Assembly (NCBI GenBank): GCA_013239625.1 | Contig: MU053652.1 | Coordinates: forward strand, 4,517,902-4,581,901 | DNA length: 64,000 nt | Direction of reading: 5' to 3' | Source: Lama guanicoe | Lineage: Eukaryota | Shown here: one piece after another, positions 37,131 through 52,454 of the stretch | How the letters are laid out: every line of letters starts with the position of its first letter | Position numbering within the stretch: position 1 is the first letter of the stretch | Program-made: the position numbers and the translations under genes | The notes under the pieces: generated by a model | Told to the model about the DNA's origin: nothing | Seen by the model: only the letters and a program-made list of their open reading frames with translations | Databases searched by the model: none

Positions 37131-38066
37131 TCATGTGAACAAGGTAGTACCAGTAAAAGGAGGGAACCACCATGGCTTGGAGAGGTTAACCGAGTGAATT
37201 TTCCCAGGAGATTCAACTAGCTGCACTGGCAATGGCCTTGAATTCAGATGGCCTGAGCCAGAAGTTGTTCTTGGACCATTTGACTTCAGCAGCTTGAAGC
37301 GTGGCTGGCTCACAGCCCAGCAGCTTTGGCATCACCTAGAGTTTGTGAGAAATGTAGTCTCAGGTCCACCCAGACCCACTGAACCAGAATCTGCATATTA
37401 ACAGGATCCCCAGGGGATCATTTGCACATTAAAGTTTGGGCAGCACTGCAACAGATCACACCACCCACTGACGGGGAATTAAAAGGTTCAACCACATAGG
37501 TAAGCTTGGGGATGCTGGCTTTTCCAAATGTAGCTCTCTCTCTTTTGCCATCCAAAAGTTCCAAGGGTTGGGGTGTGACTGTCCTTCCAAACTGAAAGGG
37601 TACACTACCCAGGCCCAAAGAGAAAAGAGGGGTTCCTTTAGCTCCCCCTAAGGAAAGAGCAGGGTCCTGAGGCTATCCCAGGATGATTAATTGAAATCGG
37701 CCTACGGACATCTGGGAATGATAGTTTCCAAGACACAGATATCCTGAGTCTGAAATTCTAGCTGTTCTCTCAAGCCCTAGAATATTTAAAATATTCTCTA
37801 TTTCTACTCCTTCAACCCTAATCGCATGGGATATGTCTTGAGTGTAAGCGTGCTTGCATGTATGTGTAAAAACATTAATGAATCACCATTGTATTAGCAG
37901 TCACATTACATGAGAAAGCATTTATAGACTTGGAGAAAATGTGGGCCAGTAATCAGCTCTACTCACCGTTTAGAACAGGGGCTCTGAACTGCCAGCCTCC
38001 AGGCTGACTTTGGTCTATAGATATGTTTTGTTTGCCCAATAAGTGTTGGCCTGTGCTGTACTTTAG

Positions 38067-38167
38067 GTTTTTGTCTGTTTATTTGTTTTAATGGAGGTAC
38101 TGGGGATTGAACCCAGGACCTCGTGCATGCTAAGCATGCACTCTACCACTGAGCTATACCCCTCCCC
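38067..38167 (-). mobile_element. vic-1-like tRNA-Ala SINE
   Basis: Near-consensus body; 11-bp TSD CTGTACTTTAG at 38056-38066 and 38168-38178. Confidence 0.9.
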
Positions 38168-39739
38168 CTGTACTTTAGTTTTTTATGAAATAGGGGGAAG
38201 TGTGTCACATAAAAATCCAGATTTTTGGTTTTTCTTGAAAAATCAGAGTATCTGGCAACACCAGGCCTGTGTTCTAGCATTGCAACAATTAACTGAAGCT
38301 TTAATTGAAGCATTCACTTTCTCACTGCCACTGTCTTCACCACTCCATACTGTCTCAATGCTGAAACCAAGTGTCAGCCCAGTTGTTGTTTCACTTAATA
38401 ACAGAGTTGAGAGAAAAGTCAACCATTCTTATGTCTATGATACCTAGACTCTTTACTCATTTATACTACCTGCAGATGTTTGAGTTGCAATCCCAGGTTT
38501 CAATAAAACTTGGTACAGCTCCCTTGGGGTCTACACGTTCCTCTAAATCTCTAACTAGAACATGATATTCTGGCTGCCTCCTCCTCCAGTTTGGAGGAAT
38601 AATTTATTAGTGGTGTGGTGCATGAATATTTATGGAGTTCCTATTGTGTTCCCAGCCCTGTGCCTGCCACTGTAGATAATTCAGGGGCATGAAAAAAATT
38701 AAGTTTGGTTGAAGAAATAAGACTGAACCCTATGAAACAATTACGGAATAATGTAAGAAAGGTTATGAGCAAGGAAAGATTCTTCTGGGTAGGAAGGTGT
38801 TGAATGTACCTCAGAGGTTAGTAGGATTTAGCGAGGCATCAGCAGGAACGGGGCAGAGGTAGGAGAGTAAGGCATGGGGAAGGGTAGCTAGCTAAAGTTT
38901 GACCAGAGCAGAAGACTTGGGCTGGAGAAGAGGAGGAGGAGAAAGTGATCAGACAAAATGGTAAGAGAGGGGAAGTTCATGCAGGGTCATGCATGCCCAA
39001 ATGAATAGATTTGGGGTACACTAGAACCTGGAAATAAATAGGGAATTGGCTGCTATCTCCAGAGTGTGTCAAGCTGTCTCACACAGACTCTGTGTCTCTT
39101 CTTAGAATCCCTGCTTCATCCACTTTGGCCAGCCCACTTGTACTCATCCTGTGTGACTCAGCTCAGACTCCAGGCCTTCCTGGACCACTTTCTGGGAGGA
39201 GTAAGGGAGCCCTGTCTTTGTGCTCCTGTGACACACTAGTCATGAGCTTTGAATGTTGCCTGGAAGGAGAGGTTCTGTAATTTTGGGATTTACCCAACTG
39301 ACTCCAACAAATTATAAACCAATTGAAGTGGGTACTGTATTTTCACTGTGACTCCACAGCCTTCAACAGTGTTTGGCATTTACCAAGTGCTCCATCCTTG
39401 TTTTTGAATGAATGATTGAATGAATGAATGAACCAACTAGCAGAAGATCACTGCGGTGGTCCAGTCAAGAAGTGCTAAGGTGGACTAGGGTAGGATCTGT
39501 GGGAGTAGAAATGAAGTAAAGAATATAAGAAACATTTCAAAGAAAGAACTTGGTAGGATTTGGTGCCAAATTGACTATGGTGGCCAAAGATCCCAGAGGA
39601 ACTCAAACTAAGTGCAGAAGGACAAAGGCGATCCTGACAGCACCAGAAGAGCTGGGATGGAAAGCCGGAGGGGATCCTATTCCTGCATCTGCAGGGCAGA
39701 AAGGTCTCCGAGACAAGGGGGCCTTGTGCCCTCCCTTAC

Positions 39740-39777
39740 CTGAGCTGTCTTTTTTGGTCTCTGTCTTTTTGCTGCTC
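39740..39777 (-). CDS. FAM71F1: FAM71F1/GARIN1B exon 5 (38 nt; alternative in-frame starts at 39783 and 39795)
   Basis: cag|G AGC AGC AAA AAG ACA GAG ACC AAA AAA GAC AGC TCA G|GTAAGG = (R)SSKKTETKKDSS. Confidence 0.85.
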
Positions 39778-41319
39778 CTGGAGCTCCAGCCATTTCTGGA
39801 TCAAGGAAATGAAGGTCAAAAGGAAAAGAAGGGAGCATGAAACTCTCATTTCAAAACTTGTTTCTAGTTATATTTTTTTCTGATGCAAAAAAAGCTTTAG
39901 AGGCAGATATAAATATGAAAAAGGCAAGCAGTGGCTATATTGGGTGGGTGTGACACATATTAAAATACCAAAAGAAAAAAAAAGTAGGGAAGGGGAGGTG
40001 GGGTGGGGTGGGGTGGGGTTTGGGGAGCAGAACCCATGCTTCTGATTTTGCTGAGGTGGAGTGGGCGGGACTCCATCTGTTTGGTCCTGCGTCTCAGCCA
40101 TTTATTTTATTTGCTGTCAGTTGCACATTGTTGCCAATGTGCAAAAATGGCTAAAGCTGCAACCAGAATAGAACTTGCCTAAATGAGAAGAAAAATCACC
40201 ACTCAGGGCTTCGTTCTGGGAAGTTAAAAAGAAGAAACTAAATGTACAAAGCAATTATTGAGACAGGGAAGCAAAAATGAAATGTTCCCTGTTTTTCTCG
40301 CGTCCCTCTGATCCATTTTGTACATGGCAGCCCAGACTCGGTTACCATAGCTTCCTGGCTGGTCTCTCCACACCTACCCTCCCTCTCTTCAAATCACTGT
40401 CGCTGCAACAGCTAGCATGACCTTTTTAAAATGTAAATTGAATCACGTCACTTCCCTGTTAAAAATGCTGCTAAGGCTCCCATTACACGTGAAGTCTAAA
40501 TCCATCCGCCTAGCTTCCCAGGTCCTGCCTGGCTTGGTCCTTGCCCTCTTCCACTTGTGTCCTTCTACCACCACCCCCACTTCCCCACTGGCTTTTCTTC
40601 CCTTTCTCTAAACTCACCAAGCTTCTTCCTCAAGGCGAAGCCTCATTGTTATACTCATTTTTTCCCTTACCCTCCACAGCTTTCTTCACCCTTAATCTGG
40701 CAAGCGTGTGTTTCTCCTTCAGGTATTTGACTCCTCTGACCTTCTGGAGATATTAAAAGCTGTCTGTGCCAGAGATTGCCTAGTATCCCTTCTTCCCTTC
40801 TCCCTCTGGGGCAGAGCATCTAACCTTGTGTTGGGCCCCTGGCTCTGCAGAATGGAGGATGCATTTCCCAGCCTCCCCTGCAGCCGGGTGCCGTCATGTG
40901 ACTGCATTGCAGCCAATGAAATATAAACAGTAGTCATCCTTCCCAGAGTAATAAAGAAAATCTATGATTTAACATTTTGATATAGTCAAAAAGTTGCTTC
41001 AAAATATCTTGCTCTATCCAAGTCCAGGGCTCTCCAGCTGAGCAATGTGACATCTTACCCTGAAATTTCTTCATTACGATCTCTCTATGTGACATACAGA
41101 GTGATGATCCCAGCATAAATATTTTTCCTTTTTTTTATTTTTCAGTTTTATTAGGTAAAATTGATACAATTTGACTGCACATATACAATATATTGCATGT
41201 AAGTACATATATACAATATACTGTACTTTTAAAAAACTTACATATATGAAAATTATTTCTATGAACAGTTTAGAGCTTAAGCTTTTAAAAAAACTTATGT
41301 ATTTATTTTACAGTATCAT

Positions 41320-41560
41320 ATTTTTTACATTGAAGTATAGTTTTTGATGTACAATGTTATATATTACAGGTATACAGTATAATGGTTCACAATTTTAAAG
41401 GTTATAGTCCATTTATATTATTATAAAATATTGGCTATATTCCCCATTTTGTACAATACATCCTTGTAGCTTATTTTATGCTTGATAATTTGTACCTCTT
41501 AATCTACCTCGATCTTGCCCCTTCCCTCTCCCCAGACCCAATATAAATTCTGTAACAGCA
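41320..41560 (-). mobile_element. L1 3' end
   Basis: TTGAAGTATAG...TACAATGTTATATATTACAGGTATACAG...AAAATATTGGCTATATTCCCC...TACAATACATCCTTG. Confidence 0.65.
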
Positions 41561-42699
41561 GGCAACTCACAAGCCTTTTTCTTGTGTTAATTCCAATTCC
41601 AGTCCAAGTTAGAATTAATAATACAAATTTATATGCATTGAGAGTTTACTTATATCTGCCTCTAAATCTGCTGAGGATAGGCCAAGCACTTGATGCATAA
41701 GAGTTTATTTAATCCTGACACTCTGGATGAGGTTGGCACTATGTAATTTCTATTTTACAGACCTGAACACTGAGGCCCAGTGTAGTTAAGCAATGTGCCA
41801 GGTGTGCCCAAGGTCTCATAGAGCAGTGGCTTGGGGTCAGGTCTGTGTGAGCTCTTACCCACTAGGAGAGATCGCCTCCTGTGAGCTCTCCTAGTTTTTA
41901 GTGTATTTCCAGCATTCACAAAGAAACCTTTCTTAACTTGTTGTTGTCGTTCAGTGTCTGAGTTGGTTGTCCCTGTTATGACAAAAATCTCCTTCTCTCT
42001 GACACCTCATTTTTCTCTTCTGGTGCATTTACTAATTTATTTCTGTTCTCCCTTTTTTGTGACACCACAAATCAAGTTCCCTAGGGCCCCTAGTTCCCAC
42101 TGTATCTGCGGTGCCCCGGGGTCTAAGTGCTCTTGATTCTGGTCTCTCTCATACCAACCAGTCTTAAGATTCAACCCAATGTCATCTGTACATTACAGGG
42201 ACATTTCCTCAGGCATGGAGAAGACAGACCTGCACAATGGAGCTTTCCAGAAAACATTTTTAAGAAAATGATCACAGAAGCTCCATGAAGTTCAATCAGA
42301 GGCCAGGTAAGTAGGTAAAAGAACCTCATGATAGACAATGTTTTAAACAACGTTTTGGTTATTTCTCTGTAGGATGAGGAATTTGGTTAGAAATTAGATT
42401 TTACTTTTCCACTAGTTTACTAATTTATGATTCATATTGAAGAAGTTACCTTTCTTTCTTTCTTTCTTTCTTATTTTTTTGATAAAATTCCTCCTCTGAG
42501 TCAAGCTCACAGTGCTGGTGGAGAAGGGGGATTACGCAGAGACTATGAAAAGGCTGCCCTGAGTCAAAGATACACACTGGATACTGAAGGGCAGTATTTC
42601 ATGACCCTTCCTGTGCCCATTAACTGAGTTACTTGGTTCTGGATCTCCTGGCACAGACCATCTGGGCCACAGGACCGGATGTCAGGCTGCACGGATTTA

Positions 42700-42831
<132 letters not shown>

Positions 42832-43030
42832 CTAGAGGGGAAAAAAAGCAAATGGTGGTTACGGCCTTAGCGTCTCTGCATTTTCCTAATATCATGATCT
42901 GGACCCCAAAATATGAGAACTCTTAAGCTGTTCCACTGGACAGAGTCATGCCAGATACTTAGAGAGGCAATTCTGAGGTCATATCTGTTTGTTTATACCC
43001 CTGTACTGTTATAAATGTCCTTTGTATACC

Positions 43031-43108
43031 AGGTCCTGGGTTCAATCCGCAGTACTGCCACTTAATAAATAAATAACCTGATTACCTAACCCCTGCAAAA
43101 AAAAAAAA
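43031..43108 (+). mobile_element. 5'-truncated vic-1-like SINE
   Basis: AGGTCCTGGGTTCAATCCGCAGTAC...AATAAATAAATAACCTGATTACC plus A tail. Confidence 0.75.
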
Positions 43109-43589
43109 GCTTTGGTGGCCTAAGGATAATATCATCATTGAATACTTTTAACATAATTTAGAAGATAAGCTATTCTTATTAACATACCTTAAAATGTTAT
43201 CAAATAGTCTATTAATATAAACTTTAATAAAGCTTGTGATACTTGGTTTTACATTAAAATGGAGGGGGAATTAAATATTTATTGTAGGAATTTAAAGTTT
43301 TACAAATTAATTTTTCTAAGAAATATCCTATAATGAGCTGCTTTTTATGCCAAGGTAAAACTGCTTATTTTTCTGTTGCCTGTGACCCCCAACAGATGCT
43401 CCAATTATGCACACTGTTTATACTCATTCAGTATTTATTGAATATCAACTATGTGCCAGGCGCTGGGGAATCACAGTGAAGAAGATTGATAAAAATCCCA
43501 AGCCTTCATTGACTTTATCATGTAGTTCAAGTCAAGCTTGTGTTCATCACACTCTTAAGACCTGGGGCAAAAGGCTCATGTGGCTTCTC

Positions 43590-46500
43590 TGAATTCTATC
43601 AAATATTTAAAGAAGCAGTAAAATACCAATTCTTTACAAACTCAGAAATAGAGGAGGGAACAAGTACCAAATTACTCAATTAGGCTAGTATTACTCTGAT
43701 ACCAAAGCCAGGCTATCACAAGAAAACCACTGACTATGTCCTCTAATGAACATAGAAGCAAAACTCCTTAAGAAAATGCTAGCAAACCAAATCTAGTACC
43801 ATAAAAAAGGATTATATAAATGGAATTTATTGCAGGATCACAAGTTTGGTTTAACATCTAAAAATCAATTAATGTGATATACTGTCTTAATAGAATAAAG
43901 GGCAAACTACATGATCATCTCAGTAGATGCAGAAAAAGTATTTGGCAAAATCTAATATGCACTCGTGATAAAATATCTGAATAAACAAGGAATACAAGGG
44001 GACTTCCTCAACCTGATAAAAGGGCATCTACAAAAATCCCAAGATTAGCATCATACTTAATGAAAGGCTGAATGTTTTCCCCCTAATATCAGGAATGAGG
44101 CACTGATGTCTGCTTTTCCCACTTCTATTAAACATTGTTCTGAAGGTTCTAACTAATGCAACAAGGCAATAAATAAACAAGTGGATCCAAACTAGAAATG
44201 AAGTTAAACTGTCTTTATTTGCAGATGTCATGAATGTATGTATATATGTAGAAAATTCCAAGAAATCTACAAAAACTACAACTAATGAAAATGATTAATA
44301 GACAAAAATCAATTGTATTTGTATATATTTTCACTGAATGATGCAAACATTAAATTAAGAAAACACAATTCCACTCACAATAATATCAACAATCAAATAC
44401 TTAGGAGTAAATTTAACAAAAGAAGTGCAGAACTTGTATACTAAAAGCTACAAAACATTGCCAAGGGAAATTAAAGAAGATTGAAATAAATGGAAAGACA
44501 TTCCATATACATGTATTGGAAGACTAAATATTGTCAAGATGGCATTTTCCCGCAAATTGATGTGTAAATTCAACATGTCCTTATCAAAATTCCAGAAGGC
44601 TTTTTCTCATATAAATTGACAAGCTAAACCTATAATTTACAATCAAAGGATCTGGAAGAGCCAAAACAATTTGAAAAAAAAAACCCAAAAGCAACTGGAA
44701 GACTTACATCACCCAATTCCAAAACTTACTATAAAGCTACATTAATCAAGACATTGTGATATTGCCACAAGAATAGGCAAACAGATCAATGGAACAGATT
44801 TGAGAAGCCAGAAACCTTTACATTTATGGTCAATTGATATTTGGCAAAGATGCCAGTACAGTTCAATGGGGAAAGGATAGCCTTTTCGACAAATGGTACT
44901 GGGAGAACTGTATACTCAACATGCCAAAACAAAACAAAACAAAACAAAAAAGTACTTAGACCCTTACCTCACATCATACACAAATACTACCCCCAAAATG
45001 GATCAAAGACCTAAATGTATGAGCTAAGTCTGTAAAAATTCTAGGAGAAAATATAGGATAACATCTTTGTGACTCTGGGATGAACAAAGGGTTTTTAGAT
45101 GTAACACCAGAAGCCTGATCTGTAAAAGAAAAAAATGGATAAGTTGCACTTCATCAAAATTTAAAACTTTTGCTCCTCAAAAGATATCATTAAGAAAATG
45201 AAAAGACAATTCAGACTGGGACAAAATATTTGCAGATTATATATCTGATAAAGGACATGTACCTAGGATATACAAAGAACTTTTACAACTCAAAAAGAAA
45301 AAAATAATTTAAAAATGGACAAAAGATTTGAATAGACCTTTCACCAAAGAAAATACATAAATGGCTAATAAGCCCATGAAAAGTCGCTTGACATCATTAG
45401 CCATTCAGGAAATCCTAATTAAAAACACTATATATCGACTAGAATGACTTTAATAAAAAAGATAGACAATACCAGTGTTGGTGAGGATGTGGAGAAACTG
45501 AAACCCTCATGCAGTACTGGTGGGAATGTAACATGGTACAGTCACTTTGGAAAACAGTTGTCCAGCTTACACAGAAATTTACCACATGACCCAGCAATTT
45601 CATCCTTGGAATCTATCCAAGAGAAATGAAAACATATATCTATATAAAAACTTGTACACAAATGTTTGTAGCAGTATTATTCATAATAGCCCCAAACTGG
45701 AAATGATCCAAATGTCCATCAACTGATGAATAGATAAACAAAATGTGGTATATCTATACAATGGAATACTATTTTTTGGTTCATTTATTTTATTTTTTTT
45801 TAACATTTTTTATTGATTTATAATCATTTTACAATGTTGTGTCAAATTCCAGTGTTCAGTACAATTTTTCAGTCATTCATGGACATATACACACACATTG
45901 TCACATTTTTTTCTCCGTAAGTTATCATAACATTTTGTGTGTATTTCCCTGTGCTATACAGTGTAATCTTGTTTATCTATTCTACAATTTTGAAATCCCA
46001 GTCTGTCTCTTCCCACCCTCCACCCACCTGGTAACCACAAGTCTGTATTCTCTGTCTGTGAGTCTATTTCTGTCCTGTATTTACGCTTTGTTTTTGTTTG
46101 TTTGTTTGTTTTTGTTTTTGTTTTTTAGATTCCACATATGAGCGATCTCATATGGTATTTTTCTTTCTCTTTCTGGCTTACTTCACTTAGAATGACATTC
46201 TCCAGGAGCATCCATGTTGCTGCAAATGGCATTATGTTGTCGGTTTTTATGGCTGAGTAGTATTCCATTGTATAAATATACCACATCTTCTTTATCCAGT
46301 CACCTGTTCATGGACATTTAGGCTGTTTCCATGTTTTGGCTATTGTAAATAGTGCTGCTATGAACATTGGGGTGCAGGTGTCATCCTGAAGTAGATTTCC
46401 TTCTGGATACAAGCCCAGGAGTGGGATTCCTGGGTCACATTTATTTTATTTTTTAAATTTTTTTTAATTGAAGTATATAGTCAGTTACAATGTGTCAATT

Positions 46501-46990
46501 TCTGGTGTATAGCATAATGTCCCAGTCATGCATACACATGTATATATTCATTTTCATATTTTTTTCATTGAAGGTTATTGTAAGATATTGAATATAGTTT
46601 ACAATGGAATACTATTCAGCAATTAAAAGGAACGAATTATTGATAATCTGTTACTCTGCCATGGAGTTGGCCCCAGGCTATGACTACGGATGAACTTGAA
46701 AAACATTATGCCAAGTGAAAGAAGCCAGACACAAGAGACTATAATTATAGGATTCCGTGTATATGAAACGTCTCCGAAATATGAATAGAGACTGAAAACA
46801 GACCAATGATTGCCTGGGGCAGCAAGCAGGAACAGGGAATGACTGCAAATGGGCATGAGGGAAATTTTTAGGGTGATTGAAATGTTCTCTAACTGGGTTT
46901 TTGTGAAGGTTGCACAACTCTATACATTTACTGAAAGTGTTGAGCTGTACGCTTATAATGGGTAAATTTTAGTCAATAAAGTTTATTTTA
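43590..46990 (+). mobile_element. Old L1 (ORF2 relic plus 3'UTR), antisense to FAM71F1 in intron 3, carrying nested L1 insertions
   Basis: Decayed ORF2 RT and C-terminal segments (CTCTGATACCAAAGCCAGG, CATGATCATCTCAGTAGATGCAGAAAAAG, TTATTTGCAGATGTCATG, GAGGATGTGGAGAAACTG); 3' end ...TCAATAAAGTTT. Confidence 0.9.
45774..46599 (-). mobile_element. Two stacked younger L1 3' ends inserted into the old L1
   Basis: 17-bp TSD TACAATGGAATACTATT at 45757-45773 and 46600-46616; the inner element is flanked by CATTTATTTTATTTTTT at 45782 and 46438. Confidence 0.85.
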
Positions 46991-47017
46991 AAAGGCCTAA
47001 GGCAAGGATCACCTTCA

Positions 47018-47449
<432 letters not shown>

Positions 47450-48543
47450 TTAGGGGATGGAAGAGAACATGCTTAGTATAGTGGTGCTCAAAGTTTGGGG
47501 GAAATTAGAGTCACCTGGGGAGCTTGTTTAAAATGCAAACACCTGAAGACACCCCCAAAGATTAAGACTCAAAAGGTCTGGAGTGGAGCCCTGGAATCTG
47601 CATTTTAACCTCCATTCATCCTGCCAAGAATCTCATGCTGGCATTCCCTGGATCCTTCTTGGGAGAGACAGCCCGGGAGTAAGGTAGCTGGGATCATAGG
47701 GTTTTCCAGTTTCTGTCTTGATAGCACAAAGGCAGCTGGCCTCCTCTGCCTCAGAGTTGGGCCCACTGTCTGGATTGTCTATTTATTGACCTTAATGGCT
47801 CAATTACTCTTCCAAAGGAACTAAAGTTCAAAGAGCTGGATTTGGATTTAATAACTTGTCAGCTGGGACTGGCTGTACTTGCTGGAGGTGTGCCTAGAAC
47901 ATAACGGAGAGGTTTATCACTGAAGCAACATGGAGCGATGAAGGGTTTATCTGGACTTCTGGGAATATCTAGAGATTCTTGAGATATCGTACAGCTATTA
48001 CTTGAAGAGGCTCAAGCCTCTAAAAGGGCTATTTCATCCCAGAGAAACAGAATGTCACTATATGTTACAGTTTCAAGTGAGACTCAGTTATTTCTATTCA
48101 TTTTACCAGTAGGAAAACTGAGATGCAGCAAGTCAACTCGTGACTCAAAAAATGTTTGAGTCTAGTTTGTTGCATACCAGGGACTACAACCTGCATCTCC
48201 CAACCAATGCTTCATCTGCCAGGCCTCTTGGCTTCCTTGCCCCTTGGCCAAAAGTGGAGAGATCACCCCTAGAATTCAGAGTGGTGACTACAGCGAGAAA
48301 AAGGAAAGTGGGCATGTAGACTGGCCCTCACTCCTGTCCACGTTGTGCTCCCAACCCCTTTGCCCCACTTGTTCCAGATGCTCCTGGTGCACCCACTGTC
48401 TTGGGTTACTGTTGCCTAAAAAAATTAATGTCACCGCTGATGACTTCTCTGCTTTCTCCCACCTTGAGTTTAGTCACCAAGCAGCCTCTGCTTTGTGCTC
48501 ACATGTCACTTTACTTGTCCTTCATTCCCATCCGTGTTGCTTA

Positions 48544-49032
<489 letters not shown>

Positions 49033-49725
49033 GTTTTAACCAATATTGGTTAAACTGTAATAGTATTTACACTACTTAGTATTGCAATTGCCCACAAGAA
49101 CAATACCCCAGGAGTCACATGTGTCACATTTCTGTGAATCCTCCCCAGACTATTTCCTGGCTTTTCTTGGAAAAACCTGCCCCTTTGCCTTTGTTTGAGT
49201 AGCCCTATTATCTCCTGCACCATTTCTGCACTGTGAGGTCCTTTAACTCCCACATTCTGTTGATTTTGGGTTCCATCTGGCCTGAGGAGGGCCCAGGCAA
49301 AGAAACAAAAATGCACGGAGTGCCGTTGTACTACGGCTTTTGCCTCCCATGTTTGCATGGAACACCCAGGTCAGGCCCTCCCCTTTAACAGTAGAGGAAA
49401 CTGGGATTCAGGGTGTACAGGTCAGTGGACTAGACTCTGAGCCCAGATCTCTCTGGGCACCCAGCTCCTACTCTTTTACCAATCAGTGTTTCTGTTCCAA
49501 ACCCTCAAAGGGCACCTCATTTTACTGCCTCTTTGTTCGTCTGCTTTGGGCTGACAGCCTGGAGGAGGAAGTACATTGCGGGATTCAGATACCAGATCCT
49601 CCACTCAGAGCAGAGAACACTTGACCTCTCTCCCCAGAATGCCTTCAGGAGCAAACCTGTCTGGGGCTGTGCAAAGTCATGGTCAGATGGGGGTGGCCTT
49701 GCCTTCAGTGTCTCTCTTTGCCTCA

Positions 49726-50265
<540 letters not shown>

Positions 50266-51629
50266 TTAATGCCCCGACATGCCCCAGCCCTTCTCAGGAC
50301 CTGAGGATACAGCGCCCCCGGAACTTGCTGAGAAAGTGCTAAGCCAGGCAAAGAGCAAAGAAGGAAGGCTGTTGGGAAGCTCTTTCACTGCTAAGAGGAA
50401 AATACCCTCCCTGCCTTTCAACCCTCCGTTACTCTGAGTACAGCCTACCCGCAAAGACTTTACAGGGCTGTTGTCGATTTAAAACCCAGCCTTCCTGAGC
50501 TTTGCACCCTGTGGGTCCCATGGTCCTTGATTTTTCTGCCTTTTCTGGTTACGGGAGGAGCTGCAGGGCTGTAGATGCCTGCCCTGGGCTTTGCTACGGC
50601 AGGCTGATTCCTTCTGCAGGCTTGATTTCCCTGAGGAGATCAAATTGAAGGAACAGTAGATACAAGCAGTTTCTTACTCAGAGGCTGGCTTGGTGAGAGT
50701 GCCAGAGGAGAGACATGGAATCCTGATCTACAGGCAGCTCTGCTGGGTCAAGAAGCCATGCCCCCTCCCAGGGAGTGGTGGTGCTCCTCATCCCTGAGCC
50801 AGAGGAATAAAGAGCCCAAATCTCGGGGCGGCTAGATCAGAGGCAAAGAACCAACCAGGCTGACCACAATTCAAGTCTATTTCAGGGAGAAATCATATTC
50901 TAGTTTGGACAAAATTCTGGAATTTATTAGCCATCATGGTATATTAACCCTCAAGGTCAAATACAATCAATTTAGAAAAGCAGTTTGACAACCAGCATAT
51001 GCAAAGAACAAGCATGGAAGTTTATTTTTGTATTTCATTATCAAGTCAGGGAGAAAGGTTGAAAAGTCATGATTCTATCAGCCACCCCACTTCTGGTCAT
51101 TTCCATTACTCCCCTGCTCTATCAGCTCCCTTGTTCTGCACTCAGTTTTCTTTTGTTTACCATGTGGGGAAAATGTCCTCTATAGTCACATTCTAAGGAT
51201 GCGGTCGGAGACCGAGTCCTGTGGTTTACATTTCCCTGGAAACAGCACACAGTATAAAAGTGATGGCAATTAATACACTGATATGATGCTTTTCACAGCT
51301 AAAGCTTCCCTGCAAGAGTAAAGCTGATTGGCTTGGATACATGGTTTGGATATAATTGGCCATTGAGACATTCAAAAGTTTCCTTCAATTTGAAAGATGA
51401 CTTTTTCTCTTTTCCATACAAGCCTGTTGAGCTCATTTCTGTGGTGTGTAGAGGATGGGTTTAGCACCAGTCTAGATGGCTAAATGTGAGGAGGCAAGCT
51501 TTTAGCTCTAAACAAAATGCTAAGCAATGATAAAATGGGGCTTTAAGATTCTTCTCCTTCCTACCTGCCCCCATCAAAGCTCAAAAACTAGCACACTGAA
51601 TCTTTTAAAAAAAAGTTTAACAGATACTT

Positions 51630-52090
51630 AGTTGCCTATCCCAATATCCATTTTCCCTATTCCTTTAGTAATAGAATGTCTGGTTTTCAGTTGGGCACAA
51701 GTTGCTGGAAGAAGGATTACATTTCCTAGCCTCCCTTACAGCTAGGTAAGGCAATGTTAGGACCATGTTCAGGCAGACAAAAAAAAAAAAAAAAAAAAAT
51801 TCTGTGAGGAATCATTGTGGGAAGGGGACATACTCTTTTTCACTCCTTATTTTTTTCCTTTTGGCTGGAATACAGAATAGATGGCTGGAGCTTGAGCAGC
51901 CCTTTTGGACCAAGAAGTGGCACGTTAAGGATGGTAGCATAGCAAGATAAAAGGACTCCAGTTCCTTGATGATCATAAAATTATCATACTAGACCTGAAA
52001 TCTGTACCTCCAGACTTCTTTTAAGTATGAGAGAAATAAGGGTTTTCTGTGCTTTTTAAGCCAGACTTAAAACTAGCTGACAGAACTATA
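51630..52090. mobile_element. MaLR LTR relic (MLT1J-like)
   Basis: TACATTTCCTAGCCTCCCTTACAGCTAGG...GATGGCTGGAGCT...CCTCCAGACTTCTTTT...TGAGAGAAATAA. Confidence 0.55.
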
Positions 52091-52454
52091 TAAAAGTATT
52101 TCTCTTCTGGACTGATTTTACAGAAAATGATGGTACTGTTTACCATAATTCTAAGCAATGAAGAAAATAGGGTTAATTTACAATAAATTGGGACCTTAAG
52201 AATGAGGAACATATAACTTTGGAAAAAGTTGTATAAGTATGTATTCCAAAAATATGAGAAACTCATTGATTTTGTTTTTCTGTGATACAGCAGTACTAAT
52301 GCTGCCACAGTTGTTGACTTTTGCACATCTACTGATGGGCACATTGGTGAGCATGTCTTCGGCTATGTTATTGTCCTTCAGTTTAAGGCTAAAGTCACTT
52401 TGGCAGTGTTTGGTATCATTTCAAAGCTTCAGGATATCTGGTTATCAGGTGGTG

